Shown: positions 1 through 12,263, numbered from the whole stretch's first letter. The stretch is 59,236 bases of DNA, filler included, from Sphacelaria rigidula (GCA_964200075.2; 7 parts of 7 records of this genome joined end to end with filler, not necessarily neighbours in it); one strand, 5' to 3'. The notes: generated from the letters alone by a model not told the origin. Numbers and translations: made by a program.

Positions 1-2954
1 GTTTCTGGCCATTTTTCGTACCTTTCTTAGGCAAAAAACGAGAAGGTATACCTTTTCTAGGCCATTGCCCTTTTTTTAAACTTATGTGCATAAAAACTTG
101 ATCACCAAGGTTGTGTAACAGAGGTACCCGATTCACTAGAGTAACCGTGGTTGCAACAACCATGGCTGGGAAATCACAACCCAATATCACGCTAAGCGCC
201 AAACACGGCATTTGCATATGCTCTATCTGCGATCCTTCTTGGTGTGTGCGTGCAGGTGGAGATTTCTGGAGCCGTAGAAGGCAAAGCTGAGTGGCCATCA
301 CACCTCAAACCCGTGGCCTGGCACAATGGTGGTGAGACCTCATGAACTGGTTGAGTCGAATCGTGCCCTAGATTCCGAAGTTTTTTTCAAAATGAGAGGT
401 ACCTAGCTTCCCGAGTGAACTTGAAGTGTCTACGCTACATGATTCCTGATTTTAAAGGAAGTTTCATGCGCTCGATCGCGCGATGGTCTGTTCATTTGTT
501 CACCTGCACTGGATTCTACGGCGCGGAATTATTCATGTGCTCTTGAAAAGTGACTTTCCGGAGCAACCAAGGCCATAGCCACACGGGCCATCCCAAACTC
601 CCCGCGAAAACGGATACCCCGCATCGTCCCTTGTTGTAACCCACAATGCACCGGCAAACCTGAAGGCTGTTCACTTATGAGACGGCTTCAGGGAAACCAT
701 GGCACTTCTCTTTATCTGGAACAATCCCTCATAAGCACAACGGTTTGCCTACAGTACACGACAACGAGCACATTATTATACCTGTTCACGAGGGGTGGTG
801 CATGTGTAAGTTAGCGCGCAACACACCACTTATCATGTGTTCAAAAATTGGCGGGAGCAGGGGTGCTCAAATCGAGGCGCTTCATTGAGCTACCAGACGG
901 AGTGTCATACACATGCTATGTATCTTCTCACGTATGAAGCGAGTGTTAAGAGCGGTCACCTCGCTAAGATTTGAGGCTGTACATCGCATTGTGGGCAAGT
1001 GAAAACTAGTTTGCAACCAGATGTATCTAGTTTGAGCTTAGTCTCACAAGTGTCTGATTTTCGTAGTTGAAAGTGCGAGGACGTGAGTAGCAGAGAGCGC
1101 CTGTTTGGATGAACTCGCTAGATACCAGTCGACGCAGCGGGACTGCTGATCTAATCTGCGATACCAGAAAGAAAGGCACGTACTGGGGGAGACATGAGCC
1201 AGTCCTTCGAGGCCAGCGAGTCATCCCGAGGACGGGGAGGAACCAGAAGTGAGAACAAAACAAAAAACTGTACCCTACCGATCCTGACCCACACATAACG
1301 TAAGTGTTCGCAGGGAGACCCTACACTGAAATAATCCATGCCTCTTACTCTAAATATCAACGATATGTGACTCATACGCAGTATTTGTAAGCGGTTTTGG
1401 TATACCGACATTCGACCGGGGCCACACATTAGAAATATGGGACTTGTATCGTGGGTGAAAACGTAGGTCGAACCACGTGACTGGAGACCAACACCGTTCT
1501 GTGCACACATGTCGAGCAGGGCCTTTCTTTGCCGGGTTTGGGTGGTGAAGAAGGGGAGAAACATAGCGGAGGAAGGGGAGGGAAAAGGAAAATGCAGAAC
1601 GATGTAAGAAGGCCGAACCAAGCAGAGTGTAGGGGCTATGATCTGCCAACTTGAGTGCTCGGAGTACAAGTTGGCCATGCATTTGCAGTCGAGACATACC
1701 CTCGCTTGGGCCATGATTAGCATTCGTGACTTGGACCGTGAGTAGTAAAATTGATGAGTACTCCAGATCGACAACATACGGCCAGCTTCTCCTGCAGCGA
1801 TGAAGCTGGTGGTTGTTGCCAATAGCACATTCCGAACAGCCCACCCATCCAACGTGCACTCGATCAACGTCTGTGTTCATTGTGATCTTACTTTCCATCG
1901 TGCGAAGGAGGCCGTGCTTGACATCGCTCCCTAGTTTTAATAAGGCCCATGAGTATCTATATGTGCGTTTGGTCACTCCTGGAACCGATGCGGCTGCTCG
2001 GGTCGGAGTTCATACTGCTTCTGTGGCGGTATAAGGGAAAAGTGTAGCATATTTGTGAAACATCAAACTCAGGGGGAGCGGAGGCATTAGGGGGTACAGG
2101 ATTTGACAAATGTGCGACCCCCTGCTCTGCACGTACGCTTTCTGTGCAGGGGACATGGTTCGCATGAAGCTCGGACTCTATCACTCCACCAACAATGTGG
2201 CCGACGGCGAAGTAAGTCGGCCTTCCTTCACGAACAAAGGACGGAAAGACGACAGCGTTTGGTAGGGATAAAACGTCTGCCTTGTACGAACGGTAGAGAC
2301 ACACAGTGACGGTTGAAGATTGTTTGCCCTTCTCTTCTCGTTTCAACAAAAAGGGTCCCATTGGAACAGAGTATATCTCACCGGCTGCGTACTGTCGGCG
2401 CTCTTCGTTGGTCAGGTGGAGTACAAGAATATCTCCGTAGAAGGACCCGCGGGTGTCATCAGAACCTCCACCAAGGGAGTTAAGGATACCGGTATACCCG
2501 AGGGAATTATGCACTTGGGTTGCATTCAAGATGACCCTTCCGACCGGGTCCTTCCGATTTTATATTCGCACAAGAAAATGAGCAAGGAGGTAAGCCCAGT
2601 CCTGCACGCGAGAAAAGGTACTATCATCATATTTTCCCAACCCACATCACCCTGTCATCAGTTGAATAATACTTACCGAAGTGATATGTGTTAATCCCTG
2701 CGTGCGGATCCCAGCAAAAAATACAAAATGTACGTCCAGGGCAAGAAAAAAAGACTGAAGCAACGCGCATTGCAAGGAAATGATTTCACACAACGTACGG
2801 TCAAACCAGCCTGTACCACGCGCGCTCTGATTGATCATTTGACCACTTCCATCATCTCACACAAGGCCCGCACAAAACTATGGCCTGCTGGTAATATGCT
2901 TAGCAAGGCGATGGGACGGACAGATTGACATAGATGTCGACGTTAACTGAGGCC

Positions 2955-3202
2955 TGTGACGCCAGCCAGTGGAAGCACTGTTGGATCACTGCTGTTGAGG
3001 GACTCCCCAGTCGTATTGGTCTCAGTTTCAGTTGTCACCCTTTACAGCATTCTCGTTATTTAGGAGTGACCTTCCAAGGCACCCACCTAGACACGCCAGG
3101 GCATCAACCTAGTGTCCCCGGTCATTATCGAGATCATCACTACCAACGGTCACTATCCATATCATCACTACCAACTCAACGTAACGGCGTATTTTCGTCA
3201 CA
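2955..3202 (-). repeat. 3' LTR of family A element
   Basis: Matches 7601-7848 with 8 substitutions; a G-rich PPT-like tract (GGGGGTGC on minus) abuts it. Confidence 0.95.
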
Positions 3203-3276
3203 GCACCCCCAAAGCGCGTTGGACGAAAATCGATCAACAAGCTTGACACAAAGATAACGCCAGAACGATGAGTAAG

Positions 3277-3505
3277 TCACAATTGAATACCAAACTCACT
3301 CGCAATGCGAGCAGCAACGGCACGAGTCACGCGCAATTCACGCAACTCCTTCGTAAGAAATTCCGGAGCGGCCTAAAAGTACCCTTGAATGGCTCCCACG
3401 TACGCTCCTCAACTTCGAAACCAACCCAGTCCACCAACACGATCAACGAACGGTCGTCTGCTTCTGCCACTCGGACAATATCAGCCATCTAAAATTGCCC
3501 CTGAT
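3277..3505 (-). pseudogene. Chromodomain at the integrase C-terminus
   Basis: Minus strand reads MADIVRVAEADDRSLIVLVDWVGFEVEERTWEP, matching chromo motif V.W.G.....TWEP. Confidence 0.8.
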
Positions 3506-4352
3506 TCAAAGTATGCTGGAACACGTCCTCAACGTCAGCCGTAACATTAAGCTGCGAGTCTGCATAAAAACGCAAACGAGCTACATGGGCGGTCTGAACA
3601 CAACCTGAAACAATTTTCTAAATCTCAAACACGTGCGGGTGCTGAGCACCAACCACTCTCCATGGACCAGTCCACGTCGCCATCAACTTGGGCGTAACAC
3701 CCGGACGACGCACGGGTGCATACAAGACATAGTCACCTACCTCGAAATTCGGAAATTCCAGCCCCGACGAGGATCCCTCACGTCTATGCGTACGTTCAGC
3801 GGCAACACGTTCCTGCACTTCAACGTGGAATCGTCCTTGCAAGTCCAAGACTCCTTGCAATGCACTCTTAATTTGAACATCGTCCAAAACATCACACTTC
3901 CATTCCCCCGCCGACGAAGACGCGAGCACCGATTAAGGCGTCCGAGGGGCACGACCAAACATCACGCGGTACGGCGTACTATCGTGAAGACGACGATACG
4001 CTGTATTGAGCGCCCATTGCACCGCCGGCAACACGCCCGCCCACTCGGAAATCGCTCTAAGCTGCTCAAGAAGAATAGAGCGGAGAGCACGAACTACTTC
4101 CTTGACCATGCGTTCGCATGTACCGTTAGACCACGGAGAATACGCTACCGCGAACTGGTGATCAACGCGCAAAGCGTCTCGCAGGCGGGCCAAAATCGAA
4201 TTCTTGAAATGCGTGGCGGTATCACTCACTCATCCACACACGGGGCACCCCCAAAGCTTTGCACCAATTCAGCAAAGCTGCAGCGGTCGATTCAGCAGTA
4301 CACACTGCTACTGGTTTCAGAGGCACGAAGTTGCTCAAGTCATCCATGTTTA

Positions 4353-4819
4353 GACTGCTGCCGAGATAGCCCCCCCCGAACCGGCCAAAAAGGTGCACGG
4401 AGGCTGTAATGCGGGAAGAGGACCGCGTGCTTAGAGGACCGCGCCGTAGTTCAAAACACTTCAGGATCGACGTTTTTCAAAACCAATCGGGCCAGTCCCT
4501 GCAGGTACGACGCCCCTGGCTTGAACGCTAACACTGACCCTGACCCTAACCCTAACCCTAGGGATGTTCGAATTCCGTTGCGATCCTCTCAAGCACGCGG
4601 TCCTCTCACGCATTACAGAGGCGATGATCATAAAATACCGATATAGCTGGTTCCGTGCTGGATGACGCGATTCATTTGGGCGTCATAGCTGATTTCTGAT
4701 TCTACACGCCTCTCATGTGGGCAAAATTGCTGCCAACGATCCCCATAGTGGGATCGCAGCCGATTTGTCGGACGGTCTCCGGTGCACTTCTTGTGGGGGG
4801 GGCTATCTCGGCATTTGTC
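4353..4819. mobile_element. MITE-like insertion in the integrase (GAC...GATAGCCCCCCC TIRs)
   Basis: TGCCGAGATAGCCCCCCC at 4359 is inverted by GGGGGGGCTATCTCGGCA ending at 4813; the insertion splits integrase RYILGM / MDDLSNFV; no clear TSD. Confidence 0.8.
4404..4618. mobile_element. Nested MITE with ~35-bp TIRs, 3-bp TSD and internal telomere-like repeats
   Basis: CTGTAATGCG..GAGGACCGCGTGCTT / AAGCACGCGGTCCTC..CGCATTACAG; AGG TSD at 4401-4403 and 4619-4621; CCCTGA-CCCTAA-CCCTAA-CCCTA at ~4538-4560. Confidence 0.85.
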
Positions 4820-7600
4820 ATTCCCAATATGTATCGAAACCCAGCATCCTCCGACAAACCTTGGGAAGCGAGAGGGCCACTCTCGCCCACGTACAAAAAG
4901 CCAAAACGAACAACTTCATTCGGCCTGGTCCCATGGACCGTTTCGCCGAGCGGGCGGGGAGCAACATCGCCCGCCCTCGAGTCAGCACAGTGAAGACACC
5001 GGCGAACAAATTCGCGCACATGAGTTTCTATCCCCTGCCAGACACAAAAATCTTGCAAGCGCATGAGCGTCGCAGCCACACCACAATGCCCGGCGTCGCG
5101 CATGTGCGCGCAAATCATCAGACGTACCTGCAACTGCTTGTCAGAACTCAGAATCCACACAACGTTACGGCCACGCACATGCACACGAAACAGACCTTCC
5201 ATTTCCAAGATAGCAGTACCAACGTCCGGCTCGAAAGATTTCACATCCGCATCTTCGGCCCCAAGGTCTTTTCGTTGCGCTTGGCGGGCAACAGATTTGG
5301 ACGGCATCGATTCATCCGGTTCACACGGATCATACACAGCCACAGCACGCACAGGCATTTCAATTTCAACTGTAGGGAACTGCATGGCCAAACTACCCCA
5401 TTGGCACTAGATGCATCCGGGAACATAAATACCTGGCAATCAGAACGAGGATGGAACAGCGTCACGGCATGAGCCACCAGATCCTTCGCTGCCGCCCAAG
5501 CCTGCCCTCCGTCCACGATGCAGCCTCCTTCGGAAACGCCATATCCGGACTGGACCACCCCGTCTGCATATTCCGTAACACCAACCCGAGCGCCAAAAGA
5601 GCCGCCATGCACAACACCAACCAACTCGACTTCACTGGATCGTACCGCCGCGGCTTCGTCTTCACCGCGGACGCCCCAGGTTTTAGCTGAATACGCATGG
5701 GCTCCACGCGCGTAGGGGGATCACCCCGCAGCGCGCGACGAAACGTGTCGACGCGGCGATGCAATATGTCGCCCAGGCGCTCCGCTTTGCTTTTTGCCAC
5801 AGCATCCGTCACGCTCTCCTTCAGCACGACCTTCCGAGCGGACTCCTCTTCCGCTGGAATCATTAACATGTCCGGGCCGCGCTCTACTAAGCGTTTCACG
5901 GCCGCATCCCGTTCCTCGGTCACCTGCCCCCCAGCCTCCTGAAAAGCATCCACCGACAAGCTCACGCAACGACTGCCCGAAAAGGCGGACGTCTCCCCAT
6001 GAGAACCAGGCAGAGACATCCGCGTCTTGATGGAGTCCTTCAACCGCTCATACGGGTCGACTTCTGGATCCTGCAGCATCGGCAGCCCCAGAAGAATAAC
6101 GCCATCCGATCCTGGCACAATCGCGAACGAGATCAGAGGCAACGGCGCCAGCCTCCAAGCAGTCTTGAAGGCTAGCTGCAACGGAGCAGTACGCTCCGTG
6201 ACTAAAACATGCTGACCTGACGCAGTGACTGCCTGCCGCGCCCCAAGCGAAAACGGGATGCGCAGCGGCACACCCGGGAGTTGAAGTTTCAGCATCTCAA
6301 CCATATGCACCGGCAGACTAGTGAAATGGGCGCCAGAACCAAACACAGACCGACCCACAATGGCTCCACGCTGCCGTTGGTTTGGAAGACATAACTCCGC
6401 CGGAATGCATCTGTCGGCAAGCTCGACGGGAACTATTTCCGGTGACCTACGCACTGATAATCCCACTTGACGCCACGGCTGCGCAAGCTGCGCAAGCTGC
6501 GTAGGCGAAGACGCCCCGGCAGGTTCAAACGGCACCGCCGGTGGGTATGACCCCCAGCCAGCAGACCAAGAATTTGGCGAACCTCCGGCCAATGCGTCAG
6601 CAGGCGTCGCGCCTGGCGCTGCTGCCGGTGTCGCCGCCGGCGCTACCACCGGCGCCGGCGCAGTGTTCGACACTGTATAAGTCGGTCGCACCTGCACCGC
6701 CCGTTGCGGAGCAGCAGCACCTACGGCGGCGCCGGACCCATAACCAGGCCCATGCTGACGCCGCTGTCCCTACTGCTGCTGCTGCTGCTGTTGCTGCTGC
6801 GGGCTCGCCTGCGACCCTCCATCGCTGGAGGATCCGCCGCCGCCACCACGGTTACCTCGTCTTTTACCCTTGTGCAGACGATGCTGACGGCGCGCGGCAT
6901 GAGACTGCCCAGACGTTCCAACCGGAAGACGTTGGACAATCGCGCGTGCAATGGCCGAACTGGCCACAACAGTGGTAAGTGCCCGCCGCATGCCCAGCAT
7001 GCTTCCTGATCGCCGCAACCAGTTGCGGCGGGGTGATGGTGATTTTTTTATGCTCCAAACGAGCAAACACTCTCTGCACATACTTTGGCACTTGTTGAAC
7101 CATTGGCACCACCTGATGCCGCACAGCACCCCCTGCGTTAGCGTGCTTCACACGCTTCTTGTACTGAAATTACTTCGTAATAAAAGTGCGAGATGCACTC
7201 TCTGAGTACCCATCCCCGTATTGGGGAGGTCGCAATACTTCCCGCATAACCACGGGCGTCAAGCTGGTCGTAGTCCACGAACCGGTCGCCATGCGCGTAG
7301 CTGCAACCGGCTACGTGCGAACTTTCACAGTCCAGCGGACTTTCGCGAATTGCACACTTCCTTGCCTCGTCGCCGCACCACACAGTCGCAAGAGCCTCCA
7401 AACTCCCACGGTACGCAGCTTCAGCAAATCTCCAGTCTGGATCAATCATAGGTCAGCCTCCTTTCTGCAGCCACCACGAGCTTGAACCCCCGCCACCCGT
7501 CCGTGATGTCAGGTTGTCCCCAGCTGCCAAACGCACTCCGCCGAAATTCTTTTCAGCAGATTTCTAGCACTAACTCTAGCACTAGTACTGATATCGATCT

Positions 7601-7848
7601 TGTGACGCCAGCCAGTGGAAGCACTGTTGGATCACTGCTGTTGAGGGACTCCCCAGTCGTATTGGCCTCAGTCTCAGTTGTCACCCTTTACAACACTCTC
7701 GTTATTCAGGAGTAATCTTCCAAGGCACCCACCTAGACACGCCAGGGCATCAACCTAGTGTCCCCGGTCATTATCGAGATCATCACTACCAACGGTCATT
7801 ATCCATATCATCACTACCAACTCAACGTAACGGCGTATTTTCGTCACA
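7601..7848 (-). repeat. 5' LTR of family A element
   Basis: Direct repeat of 2955-3202 with 7-bp inverted termini. Confidence 0.95.
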
Positions 7849-8378
7849 GGCCCTTGTCAACTGCCCTGAGCATCGGTCTGCTTGAAGTTGACACCACGAC
7901 GGGGGCAGCGACGACATCTCTCTCGAGTCCCGACTAACTGACCAAGAGGATACCATTAGGACAAACTCCTGCAACAATTTTTCTCTGCGCGGCGCTAGTA
8001 GGTGTACATATCTTGGAAATAGAACATATTCTGTTCATATGCTCGGGATCCCTTCTTGTGGTTTTATCCAAATGTGTGACCAACATCTGTGCTTTCGCTT
8101 TGAGGTATTCTCACCAGAAAAGAGTGCAAGGCCAATTGTGCAACCTTGATATAACTTGCTCGACTCGCTGATTGCTCGAGCACAGTTTGGTTTCAGATCG
8201 AGGACCGCGCTATCTAATTGTGTATTACCATTACTTCGAAGTAATACAAGCAGCGATTTGTTTTGCGCAAACGCCAAGTCCTTCGAGAACAATGCTACGG
8301 TAGGGGTGCACGTGTTTCGCGGAATTTTGTCTGGTTCAGGGGCTCCTAACGATTCTAGACGCACAAGAATAGTTGTCA

Positions 8379-8478
8379 NNNNNNNNNNNNNNNNNNNNNN
8401 NNNNNNNNNNNNNNNNNNNNNNTTAATTAATTAANNNNNNNNNNNNNNNNNNNNNNNNNNNNNNNNNNNNNNNNNNNN
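8379..8478. other. Artificial contig-joining spacer (44N + TTAATTAATTAA + 44N)
   Basis: Exactly 100 bp with a six-frame stop linker; identical to five other spacers. Confidence 0.98.
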
Positions 8479-8694
8479 CCCATGTCCCCTCCCACTATCC
8501 CCTGATACCCCTTGTAATAACTAGCATCAGCAACACCCCCCCCCCCCCCCCGATGCGAGGTCATGATCATGAGTACCCCCCCCCCCCATTTGCGAAAAAA
8601 CAAACAAAAAACTTCGTCGGCGCAAAGCACTCACGTGCTGCGTGCACATCATGAAGCATGCGAAGGGGAGGACGATTCACCCCTACGCGTATAT

Positions 8695-8754
<60 letters not shown>
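8695..8754. repeat. (AGC)20 microsatellite
   Basis: Perfect 60-bp trinucleotide run. Confidence 0.97.
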
Positions 8755-10076
8755 TAGCACAAACAGCTCGTGTGAAAAACACGACGCAACAGGCCGTACA
8801 TACCGCAAACCACCAACGGCTGCAGTCAAAACACTCGTCGCCCATCGCTGCGGGTAACATGTGCGTTGTCCTCGAAGGCTCACACGGGGCGAACACTACG
8901 TGCGTACGGTACGGTATAGACTGACTCTAGCGTAGCCGCAACCCGCACAACGCAAAGCGTGTACCCGATCCGTCCCCCGACCCCACCCCCGACCCCCTCC
9001 GGCGAAACATGCCTCCCCTGTTCGCACTAAGAATGGCAAAATCTCGCACATGAAAAAACAAAACTCCGTCCAAGACCACAGACATTCCTTGTATAGCCAG
9101 GAAACTTACAGAATTCTACGAAGTTCCCCTGCGCTGCACGCATCATCGTTATCATTGTCTTCGAGTGCTCTCCGTGTGGTTGGGGGGAGGGGGGGGGGGA
9201 AGGGGGAGTCAGTCGCCTCCATGCCTTTTCCACGAGTCCCAAGCCCTGTACAACGAAAGAGACGGCCAAAACGGCCAAGTTCACACCCTCTGGTGAGCTC
9301 CGAAAGCCGTCAAAACTCTGTGACAGCCAGTTTTTGTTTTTCATTCGGCCAGATGATGAACATGAAATACTGCAAACGGATACAGACACGAACACGCACC
9401 TTCGCGCACAAGGTTCTGTTCCATCCTTAATATATACTCTGAAGTATATATATACAGTATATCTTGTCGTTGTTCGCAAACAAGTGCTGAGACCGACACT
9501 TAGAAACACGCATCACATGATAATGAAACAAAAACGAGTAACAATAATAAAACAATATCTATTTGACGTCCGTATTCTTGGAAGAAACCTTCCCGCCTTT
9601 CCCTCCACGCGCCGCCCTGCCCGCCTTCACACCATCTAGGATAAACAAGCGGTATGGTGGCCAGGCAATGGGCATTTTCGAAATATGGTCAGCAGGATCA
9701 ATCACACAGTAATTTACTCTTCCCCTCGTTCTCCCGTAGTCGTACTGCGCACCCCAAACGTTTCTGTAAAGGAGACGTTTCCCTCAACCCGTATGAGCTA
9801 CTACGTAGTACATGTTAGCACAGTCAACGGATCTACGAGAGAAGTGCACTGCAGCGTCAAAGCAGTAACCGACGCAAAACGCCTTGTTTCCGGCGCACCG
9901 CGACTTGCTGAGGAAGCACAAACAGCAGTTACTTGTAGAAAAGACAGAACGTGTGAACACAGAACTCAACCTCAGCTCAAGAAATTGATGGGTAGAGGGT
10001 TACGAAATGTACCCCCGCGATGTTCGCCATATTCCAGATATATCAACATATATATCGAGTCGAGAGGCTGAGAGAG

Positions 10077-10151
10077 TTATGCCTGCACATCTCTAGCCTT
10101 GACCATGTCCAGCATGTTGAGCGCCCCGCACCCTAGGAGCTGCTCTGGCAA
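10077..10151 (-). CDS. EDR2_C/DUF1336-domain protein, last exon
   Basis: cag|LPEQLLGCGALNMLDMVKARDVQA*, completing the conserved E-LPE-x-LLG motif in frame. Confidence 0.85.
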   Translation of the reverse strand: MPEQLLGCGALNMLDMVKARDVQA

Positions 10152-10826
10152 CTGCTCCATGTTCCGGCAGTTGCCATTCGTTGTTGGTCGTTGGAGGGCG
10201 TTGCCGTTGTTTGGCGGTGGGAGTCATCGCAGCAAGATACGGTTCAAACGACGTAACAGAGAAAAACATCAGGCAGGTGAAGGCATCGATTTTGAGCACG
10301 CAAGGCAACACGCAAGACGTTTCACGCCTGAATCACCGATCGAACACACTCGAACGCAAAACATTGTATTGTATCTCAGACATGGTGCATGTCTAGTGTT
10401 GCATCATCGCCGAACATACGAAAGCTTGCATCCGAAAATGTCGAGCGTATCGACAGAAGCCACACTGAACGCTTGACTGTCGCTCAGATGCGATGCTATG
10501 AAATTCGAACGAACGAACTTCTGCGCAGCATCTTCCACCCAACAGCCCGTGGAAGAGGACAAGCGGGTCGCATCTTCACCCAGAGGGTCGCAATCCCCTC
10601 AAAAATAGTGCTCCCCTGTTTGCCCACATGAGTAAAACACGCCGAGTTCCGGCATCACCGTCACAATCATCGCGACGTCATAATTCCAAAACACTTCAGA
10701 GTAACGGGGAAAACAGCAATACACAAGGCTAGCGAAACAAACGAACAGACACACACACACACTTGCACGGACGCACGCGGGTGCAAAAAAAAAAGCGTCC
10801 AGAGTATCAATTAAAAAAACACTCAC

Positions 10827-11271
10827 CTCGTCATCCTGCCTGCCCTCAATCAAGAACCCGACGCTGATGTTCATCAGGCCAAACTTCGGCTCCAGCTTAT
10901 GCAAGCCCTTACGCGCCAGGAACGACCATTGTCGGACATTCACGTCCATCTCCAAAAACTCATCCGGGGAGAAGCAACCGCTGGCGCCGCTGCCCTCCAA
11001 GGCGCGACCTGCATCGCCGCCGCCCGAATTTGTCTCTCCAGACCCCGATTCTGTCGCATGTGCCATGGTCTTTGCCCCCCCCTCTCCTCTCTCAAACGCG
11101 GCCTCCCCGGTGGGTGTTCGGAGGCCTCGCACGAGGGAGCCACTCTCCGTGATGAGCACAGGTTTTCCGTTGAAGGGGCCGACTAACCGTTGCATCTTGA
11201 TGGCGTCGAGGTTGTTGACGACGGCCAGCGCCTTGAACCGCTTTCGTACGGCGGGTTCCGTCTCCGCTCGT
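10827..11271 (-). CDS. EDR2_C/DUF1336-domain protein, penultimate exon
   Basis: RFKALAVVNN...FNGKPVLI...FLEMDVNVRQWSFLARKGL...VGFLIEGRQDDE|gtgagt, typical EDR2 C-terminal motifs. Confidence 0.85.
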
Positions 11272-12263
11272 CTTGAGAGCACGAGAGAGTGAAATTTGGA
11301 GACAGAGTGGGAGATGACGGGAAGGGGGGGACGGTTATATCATACAATTCACCGTGGAATTAAGTATGCACATTACTGTGATGCCGACACAAATTGGAAC
11401 ACGTGTGCGTGCACACAGCAGCACAGTACAACACAGGTGAGTGGTACATGACATGCTGTACAGGGAATACGTCATTGGTCAAAACTTCAACGTCGCAGTA
11501 GTATATATGGAGAATATTTCGAACTCACGAGCGTGCAGCATACTTTGTAACGAGGCGTCCACGAGATTCAATGCTGATTTTAGTGTGCAAGTTCCTCCGC
11601 ACCCGCCCCGGGAGATGACTGATCGGGCCAACGCCAATACTAGGGGCCCGGTGCGCGGATTTGTGCTACACTTTGTGCGGGGGTACACATGCGTTTGCGA
11701 CCGCTCGAACGGTCGCGCGATCGCGGTGGTCCTGCAGTGTTTCCGGCGGGCATGAACATTTCGAGAGAGGATCTATTCTCACGAGGGCTTGGCAAGGCAA
11801 TACCGAGATCCTCGAAGAAGACGTACGGGACCGGGGCGCAGCCCCGGGTCCCGTGCGGCTTGTAATATGATAAGATGATAATCGACCAGCACAACACACA
11901 CATCTTGAATGTATCAGTCAATAAGCTTGGTATTCATCGAAGTGACGTTCCCTGCATTGCCCAGAGGGAGACAAATCGATCAGGCGTGCAGCATTCGTTT
12001 CTCTCTTTCCCCACGGCTACCATCACGAGAACGAATGCGAGACAAACATCGGGCAAAACAGAAAACTGAACAAGTCCAGCAGCCAACACTATTTTTCGGA
12101 AACAAGCGTGAAAACCACCCGAGTGTTGCCGTAACAAACCCCTGAACTCACAAGAGCCCTGCTACGGCTCAAACAAATACGGGAAGAAAAAACAAAGGAA
12201 GAGAGGGAGGAAGGGAGGCAGGAAGGGAGGGAGGAAGAAAACGGGGAAAGAAGGAGAACCCAC

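Larger units (their letters stand above)
3277..7449 (-). pseudogene. gag-pol pseudogene (stops, frameshifts, RT deleted, MITE insertions)
   Basis: Zinc knuckle HCCGQFGHCTRDCP (~6935-6980); decayed protease motif SVFGSGA; RNase H start FPDAS; integrase HHCC (AHMRDAGHCG...CLHC) and core (WMSDTATHF...SNGTCER); GPY/F-like WTGPW. Confidence 0.9.
2955..7848 (-). mobile_element. Ty3/gypsy chromodomain LTR retrotransposon, both LTRs present, defective (family A)
   Basis: 248-bp direct repeats with TGTGACG...CGTCACA termini; GGCC TSD at 2951-2954 and 7849-7852; gag, protease, RNase H remnant, integrase and chromodomain on the minus strand. Confidence 0.95.

Noticed and set aside
4538-4560. Chromosome end
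   Set aside because: Only a few repeats, and they lie inside a TIR element
3633-5472. Plus-strand ORFs of 258 and 251 aa as genes
   Set aside because: Antisense shadows of GC-rich pol
8423-8434. TTAATTAATTAA as a biological motif (PacI site or piggyBac TTAA)
   Set aside because: It is always centred in N spacers, so it is an assembly linker
8567-8896. Poly-Cys/Ala/Ser ORFs
   Set aside because: Translations of the (AGC)20 microsatellite
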